In this document: positions 1 to 14,333 of the stretch, one piece after another
How positions within the stretch are numbered: the stretch's first letter is position 1
Layout: the number at the start of each line of letters is the position of its first letter
Assembly (NCBI GenBank): GCA_964304625.1
Contig: OZ199839.1
Coordinates: 6,082,311-6,146,310 of the forward strand
From: Kudoa neothunni
Lineage: Eukaryota; Animalia; Cnidaria
DNA: 64,000 nt
Direction: 5' to 3'
Notes under the pieces: model-generated
Told to the model about the DNA's origin: nothing
The model's database searches: none
Seen by the model: only the letters and a program-made list of their open reading frames with translations
Made by a program: the position numbers and the translations under genes

Positions 1-57
1 TTTTTAATAATTTAGAAAGTTAAAAGGTTTAAAATAATTGTTATCAACCATTATTAT

Positions 58-2449
58 CAAATTAAATAAAATCCTATTGGAATATATCGAACAAATAGAA
101 ATAATCCGAGCTGTGTTTTAAATTGTATTGAAAATCTATTTTGTATCTGATTTGTAAACGATGGCTTAATAAAATCAATGTTTACATCGATCAATCTTCT
201 ATACATGAGTATCAATTTCTAATTTTTAAACTATTCCATATCGTAAAATATTTAAAACTTTTTAATGAAAAATTAATTTTGAATATATAATTTTTTTCTT
301 ATAGTAGTAATATTATAATTATAAATAATGACAAAAATGATTTATCGGATAATACACAATAACAAATTTTGTTATAACTTTTTAATAACAAAATTTTTCA
401 AATTATATATGTAAATTTTTAAGGAATGATATATCATATTTAACAAAAAGCTCATGTAATGTATATTAAAATTAGGTGAAAAAATAAATTCATTGTATTA
501 AATGGCGTTAATTCTAATATTTGAACACACATTTTAATATTTAAATATAAACAAATTCAAATGGACGTTTAAGACTATTTTTGAATAAATATTCAGAATG
601 AAGTGTACAGAGGTAAAAGTTTTTCCTCGTTCATTTAAACTTTAACAAATTGTTGAGTATGGAAGATTAACAAATTGGAATCCAAAACAATTAATTTATC
701 TAGGTATTTGATAATAATAAAGTATTCGATTATTGTTAAAACGTATACTTAACAGAATTAAATAGTTACCTGTCTATTATAAATTTATCTAAACCAACAA
801 GTTCATTGGATTCGAATTTCAACGTATAAGATTTTGTTTGGTCCATCTTCCCCATTCAAATGAGCAAAGTTTATTATTACACGTAATTTTTTCAAAAAGT
901 TGGTTTGAACTTTTCAAAACATTTTCTTGTTTATCATGCAAAACCATTTTAGAGATATATTACTAAAATCTTTTTCCAACGCAATATCTATCTTTAAAAT
1001 ATCATCTAGATATTTATTTGATATGCCAAATGAGGATGAATCTGTAAAAAATATAAACAACTGGGAAAACAACAATATTAATTACATTTATCAACTATAA
1101 ATGAATCTTTATGTTGTAATAAATTAGATACGATTTTAATTTTATAAAAACCATTTTCAGTGATATCATTTAACAATGATTACATACAGAGTTGTCACAA
1201 ACAAATCAGTATGAAATTGTTTTGAGTTTTTTCGACAAACTTCTCTGATTTTTTTTCTAACAATGTGCTTTGAATTGTTACGCGAAAGTTCTTAACGTTT
1301 TTAGTGAAACGTAAGGTAATCGCAAATTTTTCCGTCTATCCATTCATTTGAAACTTCATATTCGTTTGTCACTAAATATAAAAAACATTAAGAACAAACA
1401 CAATTTAATAAATTGTTACATTTTGGAATATCGATTTGAGTGGATTTCTTCAATAGATTTTCCGATATAATATCAATTTCATAAATAGTACCACTCTCAA
1501 CTCCTGTATTTTAAATACATGTAATCTCTCCCTGTTTAGTTGGATTCTTCAAATGATAGAGAGCTTTTTACTGTTTCTGAACTTTCATGCAATTTAAGAT
1601 TCCAATTAGAAGAATATCGACATATGGTAGTGCCAACTTTAAATTTATAGTAAGTGTAACATTGACCGAATCCAATTCCTCATAATTGTACGTTAATTCA
1701 TAATCACTAGGGGACTAGGAAAAATTTTATCTTATAATTAATTTAATAGTTTAATCATACGCTTCTTGGTGAATAAAATATTTTCTTCGTTGCAGGGAGA
1801 TACTTTCAATAATATTTTGTAATTTTCAATGGGTTTTATACAGGATCCTTAACTCGCAAAACATACCCAGCACAAGATATTTGTTGAGCCGATGAGAAGC
1901 AACCACATTATTACTCGAGCTAGTATCTAGCACGGTATAATCGCCTTGTATGTCTCCAACATTTGATTTTCGCTTTATAGAAACTAAAGTTATCATATCG
2001 GATGTAAGACTTTTTGAAACCTCAAAGTCACAATTTTTCTATAAATTAGAAACAATATTAATGTGATCACATATTTGGTAATTAATCATACGTTTCTTTA
2101 TAAAATATGGAGATTCTTTTCTAAATTATGAGACAATAGGATGAGAAGACGATTTTTGCTAGAATCTACGTTTTGAATCTCAAAATTGCATTGGTTTTTG
2201 TTGGCATGAAATTGTTTTTTCAATTAATGTTGGATCAGATGGTATTTCTCCCACAGCATAGATTGCGTGACCAATAGTTAAACTTTTTTCCTTTATTTTT
2301 TCAGCCAGCCGTAGTTTTATATCCAATTGTCTATCACCCCATGAATATTCAAGTTCATAGTGGTATATTTCTAAAATATACACATTACATTACACTCACT
2401 ACCAACATGAACGGATGCAGAAGTAAATAATTAATTTTAGAATAAACAT
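58..2449 (-). pseudogene. Modular secreted-protein family gene A, degenerate
   Basis: TATA-like TTAAATATAG near 2515 and ATG at 2449, giving a signal-like exon MFILKL..FTSASVHV with a 1-nt shift. Then ~280-300 nt exons (about 2370-2092, 2038-1761, 1717-1420, 1372-1087, 1042-769 and 699 onward) with GT..AG introns. Motifs ISCQQNQCNF, ISCAGYVCEL, YELEY and DYELTY. Several frameshifts and in-frame TAA stops; the 3' limit is approximate. Confidence 0.6.
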
Positions 2450-3205
2450 TTAAAATATTAAATTAATTTAGTCTAGATATAGAAAGATGTCCGTGTGTGA
2501 CTTCATAACGCTATATTTAAACTGATATTTGTTTTAATGTTTTTGTAAAGAGATAATTCATTTAATTACTGTTTAATTCGAAATTAATAGAGTAAACATC
2601 CTTCAAACTAAATTAAAAGTTAAAATTATTGGATATGCTAATAAAACAGATCAATAATGATAGTAAATAATAATTTAATTATAGACATTATCTCGATACA
2701 CTAAAACATTTAACAAAATTGCATTTGTTGATTTAAATGTGAAAAATAATCTAGATTATTATTTTAATTAATTTTAAACATTATTTCTTGATATCGAAGT
2801 CATATTTCATATGTTTAGAACGTAGGTCAATTTAAATTAAATTTTACTCATTATGAGAAGGAAAAAATCTTACCCATACCAATATTGTTCAATGATAACT
2901 AGTAAAAACTACATTGTTGGTTTTATTTGATTTGTGATACTATCTCAATACATTTTAAGTTTATATCTTTCTCTTAAGTACCAACAAAGTTTTTTACCCA
3001 ATCTTGGGTTATGAAAAACTTTTTGACATGTTTTAACCCACACTTTTGCCTTAGCACAGCGTTTTAAATAGAAAAAATTAAAAACTAGAAAGTTTACCTT
3101 TTTGCCAAATTATGAAATTGAGAACCTAGTATGTGAAGATAAAAAATACATTTTTTTATAACGACTTATATATTGTAAATGAAACTTACGCAGTTAAATG
3201 AAGTA

Positions 3206-3370
3206 GAGTGATACTACCGATTATCCGAAATTCGAGTTTTCTAATACATTATGTAACGTACATTTTGATTTTATTGAATTTATAATTTGATAAATTCGGC
3301 TTTACCAAAATCTCGATATACGGTGCGAAAATCGTTTGTTCCCCTATTTCGGATAACCGAAAATTATCTT
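3206..3370. mobile_element. Short Tc1/mariner-pogo-type MITE
   Basis: Imperfect TIRs (..CCGATTATCCGAAAT / ATTTCGGATAACCGA..) with TA flanks; TIR resembles the 50449-51636 family. Confidence 0.5.
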
Positions 3371-3532
3371 TAATTGGGTGTTATATTGTGAAAAATGTAC
3401 TAATACATTACAAATAATTAAATATAGCAGGTTCTTAATAATTAACGGCGTGTGTCGCGTATATTTTTGGAGGTTTAAGATTAAAAAATAGAGACCGTGT
3501 AGATGGAATTCGCATATAGGAAGAAGTTTTTT

Positions 3533-4634
3533 TAAGAGAGAGTAGATGCTGTTAATTTTTCAATGACTCTAACGAAAAATCGAGAGAATCGAAATTTGAC
3601 TTTAATTATTACACCGATAAATTTTATTATATAATAAAATACTTTTGTAACTTTTGATTGGTATGATATCATTTGAATTCGAGAAAGTAACAGAAATCTC
3701 ATCCAAACTTATATCCTTCGAAAACACGGCATGAATTTTTCCATCGAAAAATTTTGTACTATCAGGAGAAAAATATATATCTGTATCAGTATATTTTAAT
3801 CCAATGACTGAATCAGGTAACACATTGTATCCATCCAAATCGAGCATAATGTTTTCTTCATTATATTTCACGTAGTAATAATAGAATAGTGGATTAGACA
3901 CTAAGTCAAACAATAACTTTTAAATTATAAAATAAATACCAGTTGGTGATACATCATCAGTTCACCCAATTCCTCTGATACAAGCGTTTTTTAATATAAT
4001 CCAACACAATATCGTCATTAACTGTGTGATCGTACTTGCAGATTTCGACACACGTAATTGGAGAGTCTATATCTTTTTCATATATTTTATTATTTGTTTT
4101 CACATCAAGAATAGTTATTGATTTTATTCGAGTAGAAACAAGTGGTTGAGAGAGAAATATATAACACTTCAGATTTTTTTCGATTATTACCACCCTTCCA
4201 TAGACCTTATAGATTGCTATAAATTTATTATATAACACAACAAATATATTAGTTACATGACTTTTTTAAAGTTGAAGATATTGTTGAACCAAAAGAATAT
4301 TGAATTTTCGATTTATCAGCCACACAATTTTGTAGAAAATCCAAGATATAAACACCTTGGTTATTTGTCGTTGCTACATTGTAACATGCATCGGCGACGT
4401 TGACATCATCTATTCGAATATATGGTGTGATGGATTCTTTATTGTTTTTATCATAATCTAATTTTAAAATTGCTCGATATGGGTTTGCAATGTCGGTATT
4501 TTTTTCATCGAAAAGAACCAAGCTACTATCTTGAACTAAACAAATATGTAATAATCGATTAACAGTTATAAGAGCATTTAATATATGCGTAGAGAGCGCG
4601 CGAGTACGCAAGAAAATAATATAGGAAATTTCAG
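3533..4634 (-). CDS. Modular secreted-protein family gene B (three module exons); start non-canonical or lost
   Basis: Exons about 4536-4256, 4216-3966, 3916-3612 and a short tail ending TAA near 3533 splice in frame. Upstream exon reads (CTG)KFPILFSCVLARSL, is signal-peptide-like and has a GC donor. Confidence 0.6.
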
Positions 4635-4872
4635 TTTAATATTATCCTTAAAATTTATCAATTCGTGATAATAAAAAGTCAATTATAGTCCTATTATATT
4701 AAAACCGTTTTTAATGAAAAAAAATCAACGTATCATTTTTATCAAATAAAAACTGTTGAACTTTATGAGTTCTATTTTTATTAGATGTCCCTAATTTATT
4801 GAATATATTTAAATTATATTTTGGTTATTTAAATTAAAAAAAAAATTTGTTTTGGTTACATGGTAATATAAT

Positions 4873-6701
4873 TTAGTTGAAATCTATTATAACTAAGGAT
4901 ACTTGAATTGGGAGATTCTCATTGTTTAATAAGTTTAAAATAATTAATTTATGGTGATCGGTTAAAGAAAATATTCATACTTTTAAAAATAGTTTGCAAT
5001 AGGACCATTTTGTCTGAGGTTATTTCTAAAGTGGTTGGGGTTGGGCAATTATCACTGACCGTGACAATATCTTCACATTGATTTCCTTGGCAAAAAATAT
5101 TCTTATTAATGCTCTTGTAACATTCGTTTCGCATTTGGTCATAAATTGATTGGCTTAATATTATAACCTGCTGTGGCTGATTGGTACTAAAAGTGATTCG
5201 GTATTTTCTATTATCTATTTTGAGGAAATCTACACTCATTATCGTTGGAACTAAAGGGAAAATTTCAATCCAAATATAGTTTTTATTTATAATGGTTACC
5301 TTTGTTCAATTTTATAAACCGATCTTGAAACAGTAATAAAAATTCATATTCGTGTATATTGGATATAGAAATTTTGGTGGGGGTCGCTGAACACTGATTA
5401 CCTTTACATATAACTTCAATGTTTTGTAAATCTGACTTTTCTTCGCAACGTCCCGCATAACACCGAGTCGAATACACCGAACACATTATTCTACGTTCAT
5501 AATTGAGGGATGTAGAAATTGAGCCTTGAAAATGAATATTGCTTCCCAAAATCATAGCACTATATGATTCCAAATCCAACTTGTCTAACGCTAAAATAAT
5601 AATAAAATTATAAACAAAAATTTAAACTATTTCACTACCGATTTCATATTCATATTTCCTTTCCTGATATGTATAGCTCAATTTAATATTTTTATTTGAT
5701 AAATTTTTTATCAACAGCGTCGGACAAGTATCCGAATTGACATATGAATTCAAAGAATAAGAACTCTTATCTTGTGGAGATGATTTTTCAGCTGGTTCAA
5801 CTCGTTGGCTTTCTTCAACGTTTTGAGGGCTATCGAGTGTGTACATACATTCAATATCACTCATGGCCAAGGTTTTTCTGTCATCAAAATAACTTATTTG
5901 ATGTTTAGAATCTCTCCAAAATATATCTTTAATGTTAATATATAATAGTGTATTTACGATTAATAATATTTACCCTCAAAAGATCTTTGTACATTTTGTA
6001 TTATCGGTATATTAAAGCTAGGCTTGTCGTGTATTATGAGTTGTATTTTATAACCTAGTTCTTCGGAAAATATCTTTAATTCGCTGCACCCCAAATCAAA
6101 TTTATTTATTAATTCTTTGCATTCGAAGGGATCCCAAAATTGATTTATCTTGCTACTATATTGAGTGGTGCAAATACATGAGGTTTCCTCATCAGAATTC
6201 ATTGTAAGTTCAAATTCAAATTTATTTTCCTCAAACGATACGGATCGAAATAATTTTAGATAAAGCTCTAAAAGGATCCAACGACAATCGCATTTGTATT
6301 TCATAATTATTTAAATAATTATTACTTGATTTGAAAATTTTACATGAAGCTAATCGGTCGTTTTCCATTAGACAAAGTCTTATTATTTGACCGGGGTGTA
6401 CCAAATAATCAAGAGAACATACATTTGGATTGGAACCTTCTTCACCTACACAATCAAGTCTTCTATCTAATTCTACGTTCTCTTGAAATTTATCATTTTT
6501 AAAGATATAATATTTCATATATTTGTTGGAACATTCAGTATTTTCACATTCCACATTAATCTTTAATGTGTATCGATCCACTTCAGTTTTAGTGACTTTA
6601 ATTCCATTCTACAAATATTCATTTTAATATATATTAAAAAATGTAGAATATAATTAAATAATATAATTATAAATTATTGTTTATTGTAATATTTCTTTCA
6701 T
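4873..6701 (-). CDS. Modular secreted-protein family gene C (five module exons)
   Basis: ORF-track pieces 6231-6581, 5960-6304, 5622-5870, 5283-5579 and 4949-5239 join in frame through ~47-58 nt phase-1 GT-AG introns. Repeated motifs VECENTECS, VICKGNQCS and IFCQGNQCE. TATA near 6780; first (signal) exon unresolved. Confidence 0.65.
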
Positions 6702-7255
6702 AACAAAATTAGTGTATTCTAATTGAATACACTAATTATTTTGAGGTGAGAGAGGTGTATGATGAAGCAAAGTGCTATATATTAATAAACATGGAAAATT
6801 TCCAAATTATGCCCACTCTGCAAGAAAAAATATTTTTTTACTTAATGTAATAATTAAATTAATATTATTCAGTAATTAAGAAATATAGCTTCATAAATTT
6901 GAATACAATTGTGAAGTGATAAGTATTTAATCAAATTTAATCATATTCAAACAAACTATATTTTAAATCACAAACGTTTTAATGTATTAAGCGAGCGTTT
7001 GGACTAAAAGAGAAAGATAAGATGTGGCGTAGCGATATGAAAATATGTCCAAAATAAATAAACAAAAATAATAAGATTAGGATTTTGAGAAATTTAATTG
7101 AGTTAACGCAATCTTGTAATTCATGAAAACGTTATTGGATGTAATTTTCTATTTTATTATTTACAAATTAATAACTTTACAACCCTTGTGATATTATTTG
7201 GAATCCGTTAATGATAAATTCAAGTCAAAAATCAAAAATATAGAAATATTTTAGT

Positions 7256-7855
7256 CAGAGACCGTAATTTTCGATAATTATTTTTAAAAATTTCGACGGT
7301 TGTTTTTAAAAAAACTAGCGCATGCGCGACCTAAAATTTTATTATCGAGTTAAATGTCAATGAAATAAACATGAATATAATTTTTCACAAAATTTTCCCT
7401 TAGAATATAATATTTAATGCATCCTCATTCGCTAAAACGCTATATTCACCGTATAAACATTTGAAAAAATTCTTTAACTTTAAGAAACTTCTTTCTACGA
7501 CTGTAGGAGATAGAGATGTATGCACCAAATCTTGGCCCACCAAAACAATATGAAATAATTAGATTTGTTTGTTCTCTAAAATTCAGGACCTATCATTTCT
7601 ATGCAGTGTGAATTTTAACAACTCTTGTTGTGGAATTGTTCGTTGTTCGACGTTACCAAATTTTGTTATATTATTTAGATCAGGTTCCTCATTTGAATCT
7701 ATTTATTCGGATATTTCATTTTCAATATGTCTGCTTTTACTTTACATAATAAAACGAACAATAATAGATGAATTATCTCAATTGTAGCCGAAAAATGTAG
7801 AAATAATTATAAAAATTCGACGCTTATGGATTTTAATCGAAAATTACGACCTCTA
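7256..7855 (-). mobile_element. hAT deletion derivative; a second related element begins at 7864
   Basis: TIRs CAGAGACCGTAATTTTCGAT / ATCGAAAATTACGACCTCTA and a degenerate 8-bp TSD (attttagt / attataat). Minus-strand remnant SPTVVERSFLKLK resembles the hAT dimerisation motif. Confidence 0.55.
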
Positions 7856-10800
7856 ATTATAATTAGGGATCGTAGTTATCGACGTTTGTTATGCTTGCCA
7901 ATTCTAATGAACAAAGTTTTAACGTCGTATACATTATTCTCATTTTATGTGTAAATTGCAGTGGAGTTTTAATATAAAATTGTCACAAACTGATCTAATA
8001 TTTTTGAAGTTAGGACTATTTTATCGTAACATAAAAGGTCACGATATTCGACGCGCATAATAAACGTTGAAAGTTGCATTCACTAATTATAATTTATAAT
8101 ATAGCGGATTGAGGTATTTTAACCCAGCGAATCGTTTTAAGGTGATTCAGAACATTAATTTATATCTTATATATATATATAATAATAATAATAATTAGTA
8201 AATTATTACTATTTTATTCTTGTATTTTTAAAAATTTATTCATTTCATAAAAAAGTTTCTCATTAAATATTTATTTCACTTAAAAAATTTAATGAATTCA
8301 AACAGTCAGTATTGAAGTATAAATTAAGTTCTATAAATAATATTCAAAATCGTGAATAGATAACCACATGTATTTCATAATTTTAGATGGTGCCTCCTTC
8401 GACATGTTCACAACTAGTCTAACTCTAGAATGCATACGTGGTAATATTTAATAATATTATTTTTTTATGTATTTGGCTAGTTATATTTCATATTAAGCTA
8501 GTGATTATTTTTAGTATAAAACCATATTTTTCTTTTCTAATGTATGATGATAAAATACACAAGAATATCTTAGAAATATAAAAACACAATTATGAGGGGA
8601 TAAATTCTTGTATATGTTTATTTTTATGTAAATGACCATAAATCTAATTCAGATAAATATTGGAGATGTGAATACCCTGCCAATAAAGGACGTTATTTCA
8701 ACGTCACTATCGTCAAATATCTATTAATATAAAAAAAATGATACCATAACCACGTTGTTACATTTTATAATATTAAATCGTGCTGTTATTAACGCTAACA
8801 TTAAAAAGTGTGTATTAACTAAATTATATTTAGCTATCGAGATCTACCAAAATGTAATTTAAAATATTTTTAACAACGAAACGCGTACAATTTTAGTAAA
8901 TATCACTTTAAAAAGAAAATATCAAATTAAACCCAGTAAACAGTGATAAACTCTATTGTAAATTTTATCTGGGATCAATAACTAAAAAATATAACTAAAT
9001 ATAATAATAATTTTAAATGATAATGTTATTTTGCTTGGAAACTTATGTTTATTATTATTTTTGCGCATGCTCAGCTACCCGTATTAAATTGCTCAGCGCA
9101 AATCCTATTGCGTGTAAAATGATGAGCCAAGATGGTGTTACGCATTTTCATTAATAAAAACAACTTAATATAAACATATAATTTTTAAATTTTACTTATA
9201 ATAAAGATTACAAAACAAATATCTACCTGTATTGGGATGTCAAACATGTATATATAAAGGTATTCTGAAAATATTCCCAGTATAAAAAATTTAAAGATAA
9301 TAGTCATTAGTTTTTCATAACAGGATTAGATTAGTTGAGAAAAATATTAAATAAACTAAAATATATTTTTTTCTAACTCTAATTACATTGAGATCATCAA
9401 AATGCATGCGAGGCCTTCTGACAATCTTTATAACAATTTATTTCTTCCTTGTTAATCTTGTAAATTTAAAAAATTTTGAATTCTATTTGTTTATATTATA
9501 TCTATTTAATACTTATTCCGGATTTTTCAATGTTTATTTTTGATTTTAATGTTTTATAGTTCAAAAGATATTACAAATGGTGGTCGTATATTATGAAATT
9601 GATTCATAAATTATTTAGCTTCGATATTTTCGAATGGATAAAAATTAAAACTAACAATGATGCTTACTGCATAAAAACAGTTTTAACATTAACAGATTAG
9701 TCATATTCGCGTACGCACATACTCATCCAAACTTTTATATTATGATATTTTTCCATTTAGCTTATAAGCGTAGAGCTTAATTCATGTATTTATACTGAAA
9801 TAATTTTGGTTTAGTTTATAAATTTTTTATATAAGAGTTATGTCAGTTTTATGTGTTTCATTTTCTGAAAATACTTTAATCCTCGATCCACAACTTGAAT
9901 TTTACAATCAATCGCTCGTACACACAAAGATTATTTTAAATATTTTCTGGGTTAAAATAAGATCCTTTAAATATGAATAAAATGAAAATATTGAATTCTT
10001 CAAGAACTTAATTCCCGTCTAAAAACCGTTGTAACCTTTATATAAGAATCAATCGCTGTTTCCTTTACATTTATACATAATATATTTGTTAATCAACTAA
10101 ATATGTTTTTTTTATATTATACATGTTTGAAAATGTTAAACCAGCTGATTAATTTTAATCAGCTATGGAATAATAGATCTTTTTGAAGTTCATAACCCAG
10201 AAATGTAGATTCTGTTACAATTCCTTTATTTTTCAAAACCCTTCATTTCTTTTTGACTACCATATTAAGAAAAATAAATGATACAATTTTATCTTACGAA
10301 AAAGACTTATCATATCTAAAATCGAAGTTAATTTCCAATAGGTTCCTCAAACAAAATGTGTACTTTTGTAATTGACAAGAGCAGCTCATTGTGAATTAAA
10401 GTTAAAAATTATGAATAATGTTTAAATATAACATGAATTTTCCGAAAATATAAAACTTGATTAATTAGTAAAAATGATTTGTTTCTCAGATTTTAATTCA
10501 TGTATACCTTTATTAAGCTAGACAAAAAACATTTTTTTCGTACTCAAATTTTTGATGTTAACCGTAATATAAATAATTTATAATTAATATATCGTCAAGC
10601 AACTTTATTAGTTTTAATGAACAAAGTATTTAACTACTTAAGAACGTGTGTATGTATTGCTACAGATAATAAAATCAAATAAATATAAATTTGAGTTATA
10701 ATGAGATTTTCATTGTAAATTTCCAAATCATATAAAAGGAATCGGTTATAACTTGTAACAATCCCAAATAATTTCGATGATCCCGTACCTGGGCTAGATG

Positions 10801-12324
10801 TATGAGCTCAGTCTAAAAAAGTATTGTTTGAAAGTAAAGATCATGGGATGATAGAAGATGACATCAAATGACACTTCTAACGTGTTAAACATTCTACGAA
10901 TCCATTTTGGATAGTGATATTGAATTTTTAAATACAATAATGGATTTATTGGATACAAGGACAAATAATATATTTCAAATGATTAAAACAATTTAAAAAC
11001 GTAATATTTTAACAAATAATTGGATATTTTACTTGGGTATAAATTTTTTAAAGATGTTCATATATTATATATTCTTCGAGTGTGCATAAAATTAAATAAA
11101 TTGGACTGTTCTGCATTTTAAGTATTTATACTTGTTGAAAGTATAACACCAAATCGGTTACATCCTATTTTAATCCTTATAATTCATTTGATGGGGAATA
11201 GTCGTATGAATTTGTTTAAATATTATATCGTATAAAAGTTAATAATTCTCATAGCTGGTAAATATAGAATTCGAAATGGGACTTAATAAATACAAATAAC
11301 TAACAAATTATAACATTATTATGAGCAGAGAAATTTTACGTATTAATTTCACATGGTATGGTTTATATCAAATTAAATAATACCATAGGAAAATATACGA
11401 ATCGCTCAAATATATATATATATATATATGTTTTTATTGTCTTATTCTTATTGTGAAAATAGAATCGATCGAGCAATTGCGGGTTTGATTTTATTCTATT
11501 ATAGTCATGTTGGTTGTTTTTGTTAATTATTTGTTATGAAGCTTCCAATTGATTGAGTATATGTGTATATATTGTATACAATTTTTGTTTCTTATCATCA
11601 GTCGTATATTATTATTAAACATTAAGGCTTTAGATGAAATTAAATTCATTTATATGTTTAAAAATGTAATCCAAAACGTCGAAACATACAAATACAAATT
11701 TTATAAAATTAATTTTTAATTTTAATATTACTGGCATGTAGATTAAATTGGATTTAAATATTAAATCATTTAGCTAAACGATGTCAGGCATATACGCAGT
11801 GATCGTAAAAACCAGAACAAATACTCCACCAATACAAAGTCAAAAAATTTACATATTTTTAATTGGAGTTTCAATCATTAATGAGGAAAATAATTAAAAA
11901 TAAATTAAACAAGATAATGATGAATTATTATATATTCTAAGCATTTAAAAAACAAATGGCACCACACATTGTTGAGAAAAGATAAGTATGTTGACGTGTC
12001 GACCGCTTTATCTGAATACCTCCATTATGCATTAAAAGAATGGAATTCTATAATGTAAATGTGCTACACACTAAATTATTAAATAACTCCATTACAAACC
12101 TATAAACAAGACAAAATAAAACATTCTCATACGCGCGCGTAGGTACTAGTCAAGAAGTAAAAAATAAAGGTATACCCAAAGCAATGAATAACTACTTAAA
12201 ATTCGATAAATAACGTCTACATATATATTTGGTTTTTCCGAAAAATTGTCTTTTTTGAAAAATAAAAAACTAATCGAAATAAGTTTAATCTTGTTATTCT
12301 CGCGCGTGCATCATTGATTTAGAT

Positions 12325-12518
12325 CAGGAGTTCCCAACTGGGGGTTCCCGCGCCTTAGGGGGAGCGAACTTTGGTTTCGGGTGGTGCGAGATCAGATCAT
12401 AATTGAAAATAATTTTTGATAAATTTTGAGTCAGTTACACCTTGTCGTATGCAAGGGGGTGCGAATTCTGTTTGTCAAAAAATGGTGGTGTGAGTCCAGT
12501 TTTAGTTGGGATGCGCTG
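12325..12518. mobile_element. hAT (Charlie/Buster-like) MITE
   Basis: Perfect 8-bp TSD ATTTAGAT on both sides; TIRs CAGGAGTTCCCAAC / GTTGGGATGCGCTG. Confidence 0.8.
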
Positions 12519-12536
12519 ATTTAGATAGAGACACTA

Positions 12537-13211
12537 AAATAGGCAACCGATAATACGCACATTCATCGAAACTTCCGATTCAAATTTTATATTAGCTGAT
12601 ACATTTTATAATATTTTTATGATTCCCGAAATTAAATATCTTTAAAATATCTTTGAATTAAACTAATTAATTATACGTAAGTTATATCACGTGGCGAATA
12701 AATAGTACATCTTTTTCGGCCAAACTACTTAGATTAGATTCTCGTTAAATGGAAAGGGGGTAAAATTTAAATTCTTAAAGTTGTATATTTACAATATTTA
12801 TCAAAAATAATCATTTCTGTGTAAAAGAAAATCGAATAAATTCTATTTGTAGACAATGTTAGCTGCCAATTAAAAAATAATGTTAGAGATACACTCTACA
12901 AAAATTTTGAGTGAAAATTGAAAAAAATTCCATATAGCACTAAAAATAAAAAATAAATATAATAGTATTTATAATTTTATAATACCAACCTTTCATTATA
13001 TTTTATCCCAACGTAAAAGAATATAAATATTTTATCATTAACGAGAATGTTAACAAAAATTAAAAATTATTTTGGTAATAGAGGTGCTTACACCCCCATT
13101 ACCAAGAATAAAACTGCGAACGTATTTAAAGTGCGTATTTTCGGTGGATACGTTATGTACGCAGCTTTTTTAGTGGTCCGAATGGGATTACGTATTATCG
13201 ATTACCTATTG
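12537..13211. mobile_element. TA-flanked MITE, same family as 37330-38083
   Basis: TIR (A)AATAGGCAACCGATAATACG / CGTATTATCGATTACCTATTG; internal similarity to the copy at 37330. Confidence 0.7.
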
Positions 13212-13424
13212 TATCTAGTTATGATAGGTTTGTGAGGGTTTATGTAATAGTTATGCGAGCTTGATTTCTTAAATGTCACAATAGGCAATTATTCACAAAA
13301 TTAATAATTTTGAACTAGAAAATGTGAAAAAGCAGCCAAAAATAACTTTAAACATGTACCTGAGAAGTTTACTCTAATATATGAGCATCAACTAGATATT
13401 AAAGAATACCAAGTTTGATGAATG

Positions 13425-14333
13425 CGCATATATGTTGGTAAATAATTGTAGGTTGGTTGCATACTTTATTTTTTATTATTCTATATTTTTTTTATATTTT
13501 TAACGAATATTTTACTATATATACATATATAAACTTATGCTTGTTAATACAATGTGAAAACATTAGTTTAAGGTACAGTAGTGCTAGATCCAGCGTAATC
13601 GTCGCAAACATACAACAGATTTATGCGACCCTAACACCACTGCGCCATTTTTGAATGATGTATACTAGATTCTAAAAAATGGACTATTATTATTAATTTT
13701 TTTATAATTTCTTCCATATTTGGACATTGTGAGTTGTACTAATAATGATGGTAAAATGATAAAGTATCAATGAGAAGTATTTCCCCAGAATTTCCTCATT
13801 AATTAAAATATGTCATATTCCAACAACTCAATATTGAGTAATGATTGTTAAGACTCAATAAAACTTAAAAGTGGGTGTTATGTGAAAAACTGATATGTGA
13901 ACGTTGTTGAATTGAGTCATTTAAGTGGATAAATTGATCTTTTGTGGTCACTTCTAGTTTGTGATTAATCAATCCAATAAATTCCATCTCTATATTTCCT
14001 ACTTCAGAAATGATTTAAGGGAGTTTGTCTCTATCCAAAATTTATTCGTTCATCTTGAACATAAAATATTATATTATCTATGCAACGCTGTTTCTATTAT
14101 TCAAACATAAACTTAAATTGAATAAATAACGAACGTATATATGTATCAAAAAAATGTATTTTCCATTTTAACCAGGCATTATTTCAAATTTCAAGGAATT
14201 TTTATCCGAAAATCCCAGCAAAAAGCTGTTTTGGTTAAACGAACTTTTATTATTTAGAAGCTACATTATTTTCAAATAATTTTTAAAAAATCATACGGAT
14301 AGAGCGATTTTCGGATAAACGAATTTCGACTTT
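13425..14333. mobile_element. 5'-truncated copy of the pogo-type MITE at 50449-51636
   Basis: Colinear similarity (e.g. AAAAAATGGACTATTATTATTAATTTTTTT and GAATTTCCTCATTAATTAAAATA) and right TIR TTTTCGGATAAACG. Confidence 0.8.

Noticed and set aside
1420-1720. In-frame TAA codons suggesting a reassigned genetic code
   Set aside because: Intact genes lack internal stops and terminate with TAA, TAG and TGA; gene A also has frameshifts, consistent with decay.
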